Shown one piece after another: positions 20,686 through 31,055 of a stretch of 64,000 nucleotides of DNA; position 1 is the stretch's first letter, and each line of letters starts with the position of its first letter. Below the pieces are notes generated by a model. That model worked only from the letters and a program-made list of their open reading frames with translations. It was not told the DNA's origin and ran no database searches. The stretch is from Thermotogota bacterium (GTDB lineage Bacteria > Thermotogota > Thermotogae > UBA12178). The translations under genes and the position numbers were made by a program. The DNA lies in NCBI GenBank assembly GCA_021161835.1, contig JAGGZV010000037.1:21806-85805 (forward strand). Direction: 5' to 3'.

Positions 20686-22003
20686 TTTCCTTCAATACCT
20701 CCATTCTCACCCTATCTATTCTGTTCCTGGTAGCAGCTAAGATCTTGAATCTGAAACCGTTGACTTCCACCTCTTCTCCCACTTTCGGAAATCTTTCGAA
20801 AACTTCCAACAGATAACCTGCGAGCGTTTCGAACTCCGTCTTCGGAAACTCTATTCCCAACTCGCGTTCCAGATCGTTTATGGGTATGGAAGCGTCAACG
20901 ATGTACACTCCTTCTTTCAATTTCAGAAGAGTGGGCTCTTCCTCTTCTTCATCGTACTCATCGAATATCTGGCCGGTGAGTTCCTCTATTATGTCCTCCA
21001 TGGTGACAAGACCGGCAGTGCCTCCAAACTCATCCACAACTATGGCTATGTGAACTTTCCTGGTCCTGAATTCCCGCATGAGATCATCGATCTTCATGGT
21101 CTCCGGTATGAACAACGGTTCTCTCATTATTTCTCGAACCTTTGTATCTTTCAGCGATCCTACCCCATCCCTTTCTATGACTTTGAACACGTCTTTTGCG
21201 TAACAAACACCGAGTATATTGTCTATGTTGTCTTCGTACACGGGTATACGCGAATATCCTTCTTCGTTAACTATGTCCACGAGCTCCCTCAAAGTTTGGT
21301 CTGCCTCCACACAAACCATGTCCACACGAGGCGTCATGATCTCCTTAACGGATGTATCCCTCATCATAAGGGTTCCCTTGAGCATATTCCTCTGCTCCAG
21401 CTCTATTACTCCCACTTCATGCCCCACTTCCAAGGTCTTCATGATGTAATCTTCCGAAAGTATGGGTACCTCATCTGCGGTGTTACCACCAACCAATCTT
21501 ATCAATACGTTCGAGAGTTTGAGCAATCCCCAGCTCATGGGTTTCATCAACCATCCTACTGTGGTCAACAACGGTTTCGTTTTACGTAGAAAAGCCTCAG
21601 ATCTGTTGCGTGCGTATACTTTAGGTGTTATCTCACCAAAGATGACTATAAGAATCGTCATGATCAGGGTGGTTATACCTGCCGTGATACCCTCTCCCAC
21701 AGGGAAAAAGCGTATAACCAGCAGGGTAGCCACAGAGGTAGCCAAGATATTCACGGTGTTGTTGGCAACCAGAATGGTCGTCAACATTCTGTTGGATCTG
21801 TGAATCAGGGAACGAATCTTGTCTTTCTCCTTCCCTTCTTTCTTCGTCAGGATGTCTTTAAGTTCATGAATCCCTAAAGAAGTGAGGGCGGTCTCCGACC
21901 CGGAAAACAGAGCAGATAAGAAGAGGAGCAACACGAGGAGCAGGAGGAAACCCAGTGCCTCTCCACTACTCAGAGGATCAGTGCTTTCCACCTTCCAGTA
22001 CAC
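20678..22003 (-). CDS. CNNM/CorC-family membrane protein (DUF21 + tandem CBS + CorC_HlyC transporter-associated domain)
   Basis: N-terminal 4-TM DUF21-like region, CBS pair, C-terminal CorC/HlyC-like domain (GFRFKILAATRNRIDRVRME). Confidence 0.75.
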   Translation of the reverse strand: MYWKVESTDPLSSGEALGFLLLLVLLLFLSALFSGSETALTSLGIHELKDILTKKEGKEKDKIRSLIHRSNRMLTTILVANNTVNILATSVATLLVIRFFPVGEGITAGITTLIMTILIVIFGEITPKVYARNRSEAFLRKTKPLLTTVGWLMKPMSWGLLKLSNVLIRLVGGNTADEVPILSEDYIMKTLEVGHEVGVIELEQRNMLKGTLMMRDTSVKEIMTPRVDMVCVEADQTLRELVDIVNEEGYSRIPVYEDNIDNILGVCYAKDVFKVIERDGVGSLKDTKVREIMREPLFIPETMKIDDLMREFRTRKVHIAIVVDEFGGTAGLVTMEDIIEELTGQIFDEYDEEEEEPTLLKLKEGVYIVDASIPINDLERELGIEFPKTEFETLAGYLLEVFERFPKVGEEVEVNGFRFKILAATRNRIDRVRMEVLKESE

Positions 22004-22036
22004 ACCTCCTAACCGACGAGTTCACCTTACAATAAG

Positions 22037-22063
22037 AGTTTAACATATTAAAGTTTAACATAT
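22037..22063. repeat. tandem direct repeat agtttaacatat (x2, 15-nt register) in the promoter region of the CorC-family gene
   Basis: Exact 12-nt repeat at 22037..22048 and 22052..22063, 34 nt upstream of the 22003 start (minus strand). Confidence 0.25.
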
Positions 22064-22081
22064 CCTGCTCCACCGGATGAT

Positions 22082-22975
22082 TCACCTTCTGACAACCAGC
22101 ACCAGCGCTCCAAGTATCAAGATGGTTCCAATCAAACCATTCATCAAGGGCGTTTCACCCAGCAATATGAATGCCAGAATCATGGAAAGGGGAGGTTTTA
22201 TGAAGAAAACCATAGAAGCGGGTAACGAACCCCAGGATCTTACGATGTGTATGTACACCATATAAGCCACTCCTGTCACTCCCAGTCCAAGATAGATGAG
22301 CGCCGCTATGTTGGAAAAGCTGAAAGAAGATGGTGGAGGGATTATGAATGGAAGCAACGGCAGGTAAAGCAGAGAGGAGAAAAAGGAAGAGTAAGCGGTG
22401 ACACTCAAGGAGTCATATTTTTCAGAAAGTGGCTTCATGAGTATGGTATAGATGGCGAAAGCGAAAGGTGCAAGCAGGCCAAAAATTAGCCATCTCACAT
22501 CGTGCATCCTCATATCGCGCCCCATGATCAACACACCTGTAAATCCCAACACAATTCCGAAGATGCTTTTAATACTTATCTTTTCCTTTATGATTAAAGG
22601 AGCAAGGAGAGCAACGAATATTGGATTGGACGCGATTAGAGTGGCTGTTCCCGAAGCTGTACCATATTTAACGGCCAATTGCAGGGCTCCCATGGCAATC
22701 ACGGTGTTGGTAAAACCTACGAACACCAGCTTAACAACATCCCATGCTGGTATAATACGCTTTTTCAGAAACATGAGAAATGTTCCTCCTATGAAAAACC
22801 TCACGAATGTTACAAATAACGGATTCATAGTATACATGAGTGGTTTGCTGATCACTTCCATGCTGGAGAAAAGCATCGCCACCACAAGAAGCGATGTCAG
22901 TTTGGTTCTGATGCCATTTACCTTTATAGTTAAAAAAATCACTTCCTGTTTCCTCCACCATGCCCCCATTTTCAC
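22082..22975 (-). CDS. EamA/DMT-family transporter
   Basis: 10-TM protein with two EamA-like halves. Confidence 0.7.
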   Translation of the reverse strand: MKMGAWWRKQEVIFLTIKVNGIRTKLTSLLVVAMLFSSMEVISKPLMYTMNPLFVTFVRFFIGGTFLMFLKKRIIPAWDVVKLVFVGFTNTVIAMGALQLAVKYGTASGTATLIASNPIFVALLAPLIIKEKISIKSIFGIVLGFTGVLIMGRDMRMHDVRWLIFGLLAPFAFAIYTILMKPLSEKYDSLSVTAYSSFFSSLLYLPLLPFIIPPPSSFSFSNIAALIYLGLGVTGVAYMVYIHIVRSWGSLPASMVFFIKPPLSMILAFILLGETPLMNGLIGTILILGALVLVVRR

Positions 22976-23093
22976 TGAATTCTAACATACGTTATATAAT
23001 TGTTCACGTGGTAACGAACTTCCTTCAGATTTTCCGTAGCACCATCTCCCGGAGTGGGGGTAATCATGCGAGAAAAAGAGGAGGTAGAAAAGA

Positions 23094-24905
23094 TTGACTG
23101 AAACGGGTCCCAGCATAAGGAAACGAAGCAATGTACTGCTTTTCCTCAACATTCTGCTGGTGGTTTTAATGCTGATCATAACTTCTCTTTTTTTCTACAA
23201 TTTTCTGAAACTGCGCAGTGTGCATGCGCTGTACACCCTTCCGCGCCAGAGGCTGGCCGAAACCGCCGAAATGTTGCTGCGAGCAGCGATAAATTACAGG
23301 AACTATAAAGAAACTGGGGAAACGCACTATCTTCAGGAATACCTGGCTCTGACTCAGAACATCGTGACGAATCTGGAAGAACTGAAAAGCCAGCTCCCGG
23401 AGAGTCCAACGATCAAGAAAATACCCGAGATAATCGAAGCCCTCAAAAATCCAACAGATGAAACTTTCAAGGAAATGAGTGCCAGACTACACAAAATCCT
23501 GGATGATCTGATCACCGAACTACAATCACGACTTGACAAGATAGAAACTGTCGGAGTTATGCTGCTGATAACTTTGGTCATAGGAATGGCTTCCCTGCTG
23601 GTAACGTTCAGCTTCAGCAGACGATTCGTTGGCAGATACAGGTGGTTACTGAAACAGATCTCAGATTATGCTCTGAAAGTCATCAGAAACGAACCCAGAT
23701 TGTTTCCGCCAGCAATCTGGGAAGAAGAAAGGGAAGCGTTGAAAACCTTGAAAATAGTGGAGGATAACTTCGCCTTCATGAGGGTACTACTCGAACTGCC
23801 TGCCTTCGGCACTTTAGAAGATGTAATGCCTAAACTTTTCGAACTGGTTAAAATGGTTATCCCGTGTCAAAGAATATCACTCGCCTTCATAGATGCCTTC
23901 GGCAATGTGATAGAGGAAGCAACGGTTTCAGATTTTCCTGTAAAGCTGGATACGGGATTCTCGTGTGAAATAGAGTCCACGAGTCTCAAGAAACTGGTGG
24001 AAGTGCCCAAGGTCAGGATCATCAACGATCTTGAGCGTTATTATCGTCATGTTCGCAAATCCAGAGCAACGGAACTAATACTCAACGAGGGTATGAAATC
24101 CAGCCTTACAGCTCCGATAGTCATAAACGAGAAAACGGTGGGATTTCTCTTCATCAACAGTACTCACTCCAACGTCTACACTCTGGAACATTCCAAACTG
24201 CTTGAAATGCTTGTCAACACGATAAAAAGCAATATCTTTTATTCCTATATGGTGCAACAGCTTGTAGCAACGACTGCTTACACTCTCGCAGACATAGTGG
24301 AAGAGAGAGATTACGAAACAGGTAAACACCTATTTAGAGTTGCACATTACTCCTACGTGATCACGAAAAAACTTGCAGAGACAGGACTTTATCCCGAAAT
24401 AACACCAAAATACATGAGAGAAATACTGTGGTTCTCCCCACTGCACGATGTAGGAAAGGTAGGAATTCCCGACGCTGTACTCCTGAAACCAGGGAAATTG
24501 ACAGAAGAAGAATACGAAGAGATGAAAAAGCATGTGACAATAGGCGAAGAGATCCTGCGTCAAACCCAGCAGGAATTACGTCGGAAAGTACAAATGGATT
24601 TTCTGGAAATGGCCATAGAAATTGTAGCCAGCCATCATGAGAGATGGGACGGCAGAGGCTACCCCAGAGGATTGAAAGGAGAAGAAATTCCCTTATCCGG
24701 TCGAATAGTAGCCGTTGCGGATACTTTCGATGCGTTGACGAGTCACCGCCCTTATAAACCCGCATACGATTTTGATAGATCTATAGAAATAGTGAAATCG
24801 GAATCCGGCAAGCAATTCGATCCAAGAATCGTCGAAGTTTTTCTGAATTCCATGGACGAGATCAGAAGGATATTCGAAGAAAGCGGTGAAAATGGTGCTA
24901 AATGA
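23094..24905 (+). CDS. membrane-anchored sensor HD-GYP domain protein (TM + GAF + HD-GYP), putative c-di-GMP phosphodiesterase
   Basis: N-terminal TM, a central GAF-like region, and HD-GYP motifs PLHDVGK and HHERWDGRGYPRGLKGEEIP. Confidence 0.8.
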   Translation: MTETGPSIRKRSNVLLFLNILLVVLMLIITSLFFYNFLKLRSVHALYTLPRQRLAETAEMLLRAAINYRNYKETGETHYLQEYLALTQNIVTNLEELKSQLPESPTIKKIPEIIEALKNPTDETFKEMSARLHKILDDLITELQSRLDKIETVGVMLLITLVIGMASLLVTFSFSRRFVGRYRWLLKQISDYALKVIRNEPRLFPPAIWEEEREALKTLKIVEDNFAFMRVLLELPAFGTLEDVMPKLFELVKMVIPCQRISLAFIDAFGNVIEEATVSDFPVKLDTGFSCEIESTSLKKLVEVPKVRIINDLERYYRHVRKSRATELILNEGMKSSLTAPIVINEKTVGFLFINSTHSNVYTLEHSKLLEMLVNTIKSNIFYSYMVQQLVATTAYTLADIVEERDYETGKHLFRVAHYSYVITKKLAETGLYPEITPKYMREILWFSPLHDVGKVGIPDAVLLKPGKLTEEEYEEMKKHVTIGEEILRQTQQELRRKVQMDFLEMAIEIVASHHERWDGRGYPRGLKGEEIPLSGRIVAVADTFDALTSHRPYKPAYDFDRSIEIVKSESGKQFDPRIVEVFLNSMDEIRRIFEESGENGAK

Positions 24906-25632
24906 ATACAGAGCCGATCTTCATCTGCACACATGCCTTTCGCCATGTGCAGATTTAACGATGGTCCCTTCGGTATTCGCACAAAAACTCACAGAAAAAA
25001 ACGTGGACTGGATTGCCATAACTGATCACAATACCTGCAGGAATGTGCCTGTCTTCAGTAAGGTACTACGGGATCATGGGATAGAGGTTATAACCGGTAT
25101 AGAAATCCAAACCAGAGAGGAAGTACACGTTCTCCTGTATTTTGAATCCTACGAAGAGGCGTTCGATTTCGAGATCACCATCGTGATGCCTCACTTGAAG
25201 AAAACGAAATTAAACCCTGAATTGCACGGTTACCAATTGCTGGTCAACGAGAAAGATGAATTCACGGAGCTGTACAACAATTGGCTGGGACAATCGCTGG
25301 ATCTTTCCACAGAAGAACTGGTGGAATACGCGCACAAGAAAGGCGCGATGGTTGTTTTCGCACACATTTTCAGAAGATTCGGTGTCATTCATCAGCTTGG
25401 GATTCCTCCCGATACCAGATGTGAAGCTGTGGAAATCTGCTCCACATCAGAACTCGAGAGGGCAAAAACGATGTTTAAAGGTTCAACCGTGATATTATCC
25501 AGCGATGCGCATTTCCCCGACCAAATTGGGAGCAGAAACTGTGTGATCAGGGCAAACACGAGAAAGTTCCAGGAATTTAGGGATGCTATAGAGAAAGGGA
25601 GGATTCTCACAGAATGGGATTGCGCACATTGA
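24886..25632 (+). CDS. PHP-family metal-dependent phosphoesterase
   Basis: N-terminus ADLHLHTCLSPCADL with ITDHN (PHP motifs I/II), plus later His/Asp motifs (FAHIFRR, SSDAHF). It overlaps the next gene by 19 nt. Confidence 0.7.
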   Translation: MKMVLNEYRADLHLHTCLSPCADLTMVPSVFAQKLTEKNVDWIAITDHNTCRNVPVFSKVLRDHGIEVITGIEIQTREEVHVLLYFESYEEAFDFEITIVMPHLKKTKLNPELHGYQLLVNEKDEFTELYNNWLGQSLDLSTEELVEYAHKKGAMVVFAHIFRRFGVIHQLGIPPDTRCEAVEICSTSELERAKTMFKGSTVILSSDAHFPDQIGSRNCVIRANTRKFQEFRDAIEKGRILTEWDCAH

Positions 25633-26168
25633 GCGATCACCTGCTTGATATGGTGCAGAATGCCATGGCATCTGGGGCGAACAAGATCGAGATTCATGTA
25701 ATGCAAGATGAAGGAACTTTCTCCTTCGTTGTACGGGACGATGGCAAAGGAATGGATGAAGAAACCCTGAAAAAGGCTCTGGATCCATTTTACACCACTA
25801 AGAAAGAGAGAAGGAAAAAAGTAGGATTGGGACTGCCAATGTTGAAATTCGCCACCGAGATCACAGGTGGTGAGTTCTCGATACGATCCTCTCCTGGTGA
25901 GGGAACGGAGGTGAAAGCTTCCTTTAACACTGAACACGTGGATTGTCAACCGCTGGGCGATCTCAAAGATTGCATATTCACCATTCTCACAGGCAACAAC
26001 GAGGATATTGAGATAACGATAAAACGCTGTAAAAAAGATAATTGCTATATTATCGAATCCGGGAAAGTGGAGGAATTCATGGGAAAGGAGTGGCGATCTG
26101 ATCCCGTAAGAATGAAGATGCTGTACAATATGATCGAGCAGCTCGAAAATTCACTGCACGAGGAGTGA
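25614..26168 (+). CDS. standalone GHKL/HATPase_c-domain ATPase (no DHp/HisKA domain)
   Basis: N-box QNAMASGA, G1 box RDDGKGMD, G2 box GLGLPM. 184 aa with no phospho-acceptor histidine domain, and about 70 aa of C-terminal tail. Stop overlaps the bamA start. Confidence 0.65.
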   Translation: MGLRTLSDHLLDMVQNAMASGANKIEIHVMQDEGTFSFVVRDDGKGMDEETLKKALDPFYTTKKERRKKVGLGLPMLKFATEITGGEFSIRSSPGEGTEVKASFNTEHVDCQPLGDLKDCIFTILTGNNEDIEITIKRCKKDNCYIIESGKVEEFMGKEWRSDPVRMKMLYNMIEQLENSLHEE

Positions 26169-28459
26169 AAAATATGAGAAGATTCATCACGATCGCTGTT
26201 TACACACTGATGGGATTGCTACTTACAGGCGTTGTTGTGGACAAAATAGTGGTCGAAGGCAACGTTACCATACCCGCGAGTGAAATACTGAATGTAGCTG
26301 GTTTGAAGGCTGGTGAAGATATCTTCACACTGGACATTCAGATAGCCGGACGCAAGATACTCGACTACGGTTACTTCTCCAAAGTGGATTTCGATATAGG
26401 GAAAGATGTTACTGCAACGATCCTGAAGATAAAAGTCGTAGAAAATCCCGTGGTGAAGGATTATGTCATAGACGTTGAAGGCCCCAAACTGGTGGACTTG
26501 AACAAACAAGCCACCATCGTGACGATCGAAAAAGGTAAAGCCCTTTCCTTAAAGAACCTCAGGGAAACCATGGAAAATATAAGGGAAGCTTACTATTCCG
26601 CCGGATACGTTCTCGTGGATGTGCAGACCAACGTGCAGGTGATGGAAGATCGCGTTGTGGTACCCGAAAATACAGTTAAGATAACGGTAAGGGAGTTTGC
26701 CATATGGGATGTAGAAATAGAGGGTGATCTACCAGAGGAAGAAATCAAATACCTGCGTTCACTCATCAACGTGCCATTGTACAAAGATTACGTATCCAAA
26801 ACACCCATAGAAAAACTGTTCATCTCCGAAAAATCACAATATCCCAAACTGGTGGACATACAGAGAACGCGCGCCAATCTCAGCAAAGTGTATTACATGG
26901 GACCTTCCTCCACCTTTGATCTCAAGGTTTACGATGAGAACAAAAGGCTGCTCCTCCTGAAAATACGTGTCGTACCGCCGAAAATCATCGATGGAATCGA
27001 ACGCATTGACACAGTGAACATAGAAGGAAACAGAATCCTGAAAACGCAAGATTTGCTCAAAAAATTGAGCTTTGAACCCGGTGAATATGACAACACATCT
27101 GTAGCCGTACTCATGGATCATCTGCGACGTGTTTACGAGGAGGAAGGCTATGTATCTGTGAAGTTCTTTCCGAACGTTGAAGAAGGGAAATTGAATGTGA
27201 AGATAGAAGAACTACCCGTCGTGAAGATAGAAATTGAGGGCCTGAATAAAACCAGAGAATACCTTATAGAAGACTCGTTAAAAATATCGATGGGTAAACC
27301 CCTGAACCTGAAAGAAATCGCGGAAACGTATAGAAACCTGCACGTACTCGGATACTTCGAAGAAATAAACATCATACCATCGGAAGAAGCCACGGGAATA
27401 AAGGTGAGCATACACCTAAAGGAAGATGTGAAACCCCGCAAATTCATGTTTGGAGGCACCTGGACCCCACCGGAAGACATGAAAGATCCTTCGGATTTTG
27501 TAAGAGAGATCTTCAACATAAAAAACTGGCTCGGATATCTCGATTTTGAGGTACTGAACCCATTTGGGTATGGCCAGACATTTGGCGTAAAGCTCAATGC
27601 TGGTGTTAAAAGTGCGAGCGGTTCACTGACTTATTCGGTACCGAAATTGCTCGGCTCCAATATAAACTTTTCCCTATCCTACGGTTATGAGGACACCACC
27701 ACATCTGACACCGTCAGAGTATCAGACCCTTCTATAGCCACCGTGACCACCGCAACACGGACACAGGTGTGGAAACTTGTGCCCGACATATCCTACAGAT
27801 TCACCGAAAAGGATCGAGCGGGATTGAACCTCACCATCACCAGGGGTAAAAAGATCACCGAAATCGCTACATATACAGGTGTATCAACCCTTACAACTTC
27901 AACGGAATCACCCAACAATGTTGTTCAAATGGGAATATACTTCAATCATGTGGATTGGGACGATCCGTTCTACCCTATGGACGGCTGGTATCTATACGCA
28001 GGTTACTGGCGGGCAGGATTGACACCTGAGGATTCTTTTGCTTTCGATAAAGCGCTACTTGATTCTCGCATTTATCTGAAGCTACATGAAAATCTATCCT
28101 GGGCATCGAGACTAAAATTGGGATACATGTGGAATATCTCGGGTTCACCGGAATACTTCAGCATTGGAGGTCCCACCAGCGTCAGGGGATTCGCCGATTT
28201 ACTCTCCGGACCTGCCATGTATCTTCTCAACACAGAGTTGAGGCAGAAAGTGATGTCGAGTGGAAACAATCTCGATATCTACGCTGTGGCCTTTCTGGAT
28301 CTGGGATACGCGGGAAAAGAATTTCGATATTCCGAAGCTCTGCGCAGCTTCGGGATAGGAATGCACCTGAAAATTCCTGTGATCGGAGTTTTTAGATTCG
28401 ATTTTGCATATGCAAATGAAAAGTGGAACTGGAGTTTTGGATTTGGGGTGATGTTCTGA
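26165..28459 (+). CDS. bamA: outer membrane protein assembly factor BamA/Omp85 (multi-POTRA + beta-barrel)
   Basis: Signal peptide. Repeated POTRA-like units (VEGN..., IEGNRIL..., IEIEGL...). C-terminal barrel ending FDFAYANEKWNWSFGFGVMF. Confidence 0.8.
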   Translation: MKNMRRFITIAVYTLMGLLLTGVVVDKIVVEGNVTIPASEILNVAGLKAGEDIFTLDIQIAGRKILDYGYFSKVDFDIGKDVTATILKIKVVENPVVKDYVIDVEGPKLVDLNKQATIVTIEKGKALSLKNLRETMENIREAYYSAGYVLVDVQTNVQVMEDRVVVPENTVKITVREFAIWDVEIEGDLPEEEIKYLRSLINVPLYKDYVSKTPIEKLFISEKSQYPKLVDIQRTRANLSKVYYMGPSSTFDLKVYDENKRLLLLKIRVVPPKIIDGIERIDTVNIEGNRILKTQDLLKKLSFEPGEYDNTSVAVLMDHLRRVYEEEGYVSVKFFPNVEEGKLNVKIEELPVVKIEIEGLNKTREYLIEDSLKISMGKPLNLKEIAETYRNLHVLGYFEEINIIPSEEATGIKVSIHLKEDVKPRKFMFGGTWTPPEDMKDPSDFVREIFNIKNWLGYLDFEVLNPFGYGQTFGVKLNAGVKSASGSLTYSVPKLLGSNINFSLSYGYEDTTTSDTVRVSDPSIATVTTATRTQVWKLVPDISYRFTEKDRAGLNLTITRGKKITEIATYTGVSTLTTSTESPNNVVQMGIYFNHVDWDDPFYPMDGWYLYAGYWRAGLTPEDSFAFDKALLDSRIYLKLHENLSWASRLKLGYMWNISGSPEYFSIGGPTSVRGFADLLSGPAMYLLNTELRQKVMSSGNNLDIYAVAFLDLGYAGKEFRYSEALRSFGIGMHLKIPVIGVFRFDFAYANEKWNWSFGFGVMF

Positions 28460-30184
28460 ATGAAAAAGTTGAAACGCAGAGGCGAACTGTTCCTCCTGCT
28501 AGGGCTTCTGATCATAGTGGGGGTGTGGATCTATATACAACGTGTAGAATTCCTTGCAGATCTACGTTACGCCCTTACACACCCTTATGTGACCCTGCTC
28601 ATATTTCTGATCACCTATCTCGCAGACAGGATGACGATTGCTTACGGGGATTTCAAACTCGTTACCAACGTGGTTGGAGTCATGTCAGCCGTCATGTTCC
28701 TGGGATGGCGTATTGCCTCCCTCTTCCCCGTTGTGGTGTTCCTAAGACCAAAGCAGACCGAGGCGGAGGACATCGCAGGTAAGCTCAGAATATTTTCACG
28801 TTACGTTTTCACGTATTACGTAGCGGGAGTGTTCATGAGTCTGGTTCCACACAACATGATATGGTTGCGAATAATAGTGTATCTAGTCGTTGCCAAGCTG
28901 GTGAACTATTTGCTGGTAGATTTCATGGTGTATGGTAGACCGCCGAACAAACTCCTGCTCGGTGAATTCGCATTCTTTCTGGGGCTCACTCCTTCCTTCA
29001 TTGCCATAGGTTATGCAACGAACCTCACCTTGAAGACGATCTATCTCTCCCTTCCCATGATAACTCTGATTGCCAGTAATCAGACTCTAAGGGCGATGAT
29101 GCTGGCCTGGAAAGAACGCGAAGATAGAAAGAGACTGGAAAAGGTGAACAACCAGTTGATGAACCTCCTCTCTATGATGCGATTCATCAGGGCCACCGTC
29201 TCACCGGAAAAAGTTTTGAAAGATATAGCCACGGTTATGGGCAAAGGTTTTGGATACAAATACGTTCTGGTGAACCTTTTCGACAGAAACTCGGGCCTAG
29301 TGGAAAGACTCGCATATTATGGTATGTCGGAAGAAGATTTCAAACGTTTGAAAGAGAATCCACCGACCATTGAGGAAGTTATCGCACTCTTCGAAGATAA
29401 GTTCAAGGTGAGCAAATCCTACTTCATACCGGAAGGTGAGCTCCCACTCGACGAATCCAAAGTCTTCTTCGGAGAATACGACACACCAACTGACGAAACC
29501 AACTGGCATCCAGGGGATATGTTCCTGGTTCCCATATACGATCTGGATGAGAACATAATAGGTTACATTTCTCTTGATGGGCCACTCAGTGGAAAACGCC
29601 CCATAATAGAGGATATCAGGTTCATAGAGATAGTTGCTGAAATAACGGGAAGAGTCATACAGGATTCTTTCAAATATCTGGAAACCCTGGAAAGCTCTTT
29701 CCTTGATGCGATGACCGGTCTGCTCAACCACGCGACTTTCTATACGCGCCTGGATTCTTTCATAAAGCTTGAAAAACACTTTTCCATAGCCATGATGGAT
29801 ATGGACGATTTCAAAAGGATCAACGATCAGTACGGTCACAGGGTGGGTGACAGTGTGCTTCGCGCTTTGGCCGATTTCTTGAAGGCCAGTTTCAGAAGTG
29901 ACGACGTTGTCGCCAGATACGGTGGCGACGAATTCTCGGTGATCCTACCGGGTGTGGGAGCAGAAAAAGCCAAGAATATTCTGGAGAGGGTAATAAAAGG
30001 TGTGGCGGAACTCAAACCTTTAGGCATAAAGACCAGCATAAGTGCGGGCATAAGCCACTTTCCTTCGGATGCCACGACTTCGAATGAACTCGTGGAAAAA
30101 GCTGACATGGCACTTTACAGAGCGAAAAGGATGGGAAAAGGGCAGGTTGTACTGTATAGAGAACTGGAAAGTGTTGGGGAGTGA
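28460..30184 (+). CDS. membrane-bound GGDEF diguanylate cyclase (multi-TM + GAF-like + GGDEF)
   Basis: About 6 N-terminal TM helices and a GAF-like middle. GGDEF domain with intact RYGGDEF and an RSDD (RxxD) I-site immediately upstream. Confidence 0.85.
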   Translation: MKKLKRRGELFLLLGLLIIVGVWIYIQRVEFLADLRYALTHPYVTLLIFLITYLADRMTIAYGDFKLVTNVVGVMSAVMFLGWRIASLFPVVVFLRPKQTEAEDIAGKLRIFSRYVFTYYVAGVFMSLVPHNMIWLRIIVYLVVAKLVNYLLVDFMVYGRPPNKLLLGEFAFFLGLTPSFIAIGYATNLTLKTIYLSLPMITLIASNQTLRAMMLAWKEREDRKRLEKVNNQLMNLLSMMRFIRATVSPEKVLKDIATVMGKGFGYKYVLVNLFDRNSGLVERLAYYGMSEEDFKRLKENPPTIEEVIALFEDKFKVSKSYFIPEGELPLDESKVFFGEYDTPTDETNWHPGDMFLVPIYDLDENIIGYISLDGPLSGKRPIIEDIRFIEIVAEITGRVIQDSFKYLETLESSFLDAMTGLLNHATFYTRLDSFIKLEKHFSIAMMDMDDFKRINDQYGHRVGDSVLRALADFLKASFRSDDVVARYGGDEFSVILPGVGAEKAKNILERVIKGVAELKPLGIKTSISAGISHFPSDATTSNELVEKADMALYRAKRMGKGQVVLYRELESVGE

Positions 30185-30191
30185 GAATCAG

Positions 30192-31055
30192 ATGCTGGTG
30201 TTGCAAACGGTGAACGAGATGAAGGAATACGCACGAAAGGCGAGAAAAGAAGGCAAAAAAATAGGTTTTGTACCAACCATGGGTTACCTTCACGATGGGC
30301 ATCTCTCCCTCGTTAGAAAAGCGAGAGATGAAAATGACCTCGTGGTGGTAAGCATATTCGTGAATCCCACGCAGTTTGGTCCAAACGAAGACTACGATCG
30401 ATATCCCCGGGATCTCAAAAGAGACCTGAAGATCTTGAAAGAAGAAAAAGTGGATGTCGCTTTCGTACCGTCAGTTGGAGAAATGTATCCTGCAGGTTAC
30501 TCAACCTATGTCTATGTCGAGAGACTCTCCAGCATTCTGTGTGGACGCTCTCGTCCTGGACATTTTAGAGGTGTGGCAACGATTGTACTGAAACTTTTCA
30601 ATATAGTGATGCCCACCAGAGCGTATTTCGGTCAAAAAGACGCACAGCAATTCCGGATAATAAGAAAGATGGTAGAAGATCTTAACCTGGATGTGGAGCT
30701 GGTGGAATGCCCTATAATACGTGAAGAAGATGGTCTGGCCATGAGTTCTCGCAACCTATATCTGTCACCCGAGGAAAGGAAACAGGCCGTGGCTCTTTAC
30801 GAATCTTTGAAACTGGCACAGGAACTCTACGATTCCGGTGAAAGGAATGTGAATAAGATCAAGAATGCGATGCGTTGTAAGATTGCCGAGTATCCGCTGG
30901 TAAGAATCGATTACATAGAAGTGGTTACGGAAGACACTCTTGAAAGTGTGGAACATATGGAGGAAAACAGAGAATACATTGTAGCCGTTGCCGCCTACTT
31001 GGGAAAAGCCAGATTGATCGACAACATCATTCTGGGGAGGCAACGGAAATCTTGA
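30192..31055 (+). CDS. panC: pantoate--beta-alanine ligase
   Basis: [18 protein letters not shown]-type motif. I took the ATG at 30192 (MLVLQTV...) rather than the ORF-track start at 30069, which would overlap the GGDEF gene. Confidence 0.9.
   Translation: MLVLQTVNEMKEYARKARKEGKKIGFVPTMGYLHDGHLSLVRKARDENDLVVVSIFVNPTQFGPNEDYDRYPRDLKRDLKILKEEKVDVAFVPSVGEMYPAGYSTYVYVERLSSILCGRSRPGHFRGVATIVLKLFNIVMPTRAYFGQKDAQQFRIIRKMVEDLNLDVELVECPIIREEDGLAMSSRNLYLSPEERKQAVALYESLKLAQELYDSGERNVNKIKNAMRCKIAEYPLVRIDYIEVVTEDTLESVEHMEENREYIVAVAAYLGKARLIDNIILGRQRKS

Noticed and set aside
22976-23093. Palindrome gttcacgtggtaacgaac in the divergent region between the EamA gene and the HD-GYP gene
   Set aside because: Only the 4-nt ends (gttc/gaac) plus a cacgtg core are symmetric. 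It is too short and imperfect to call an operator without comparative support.
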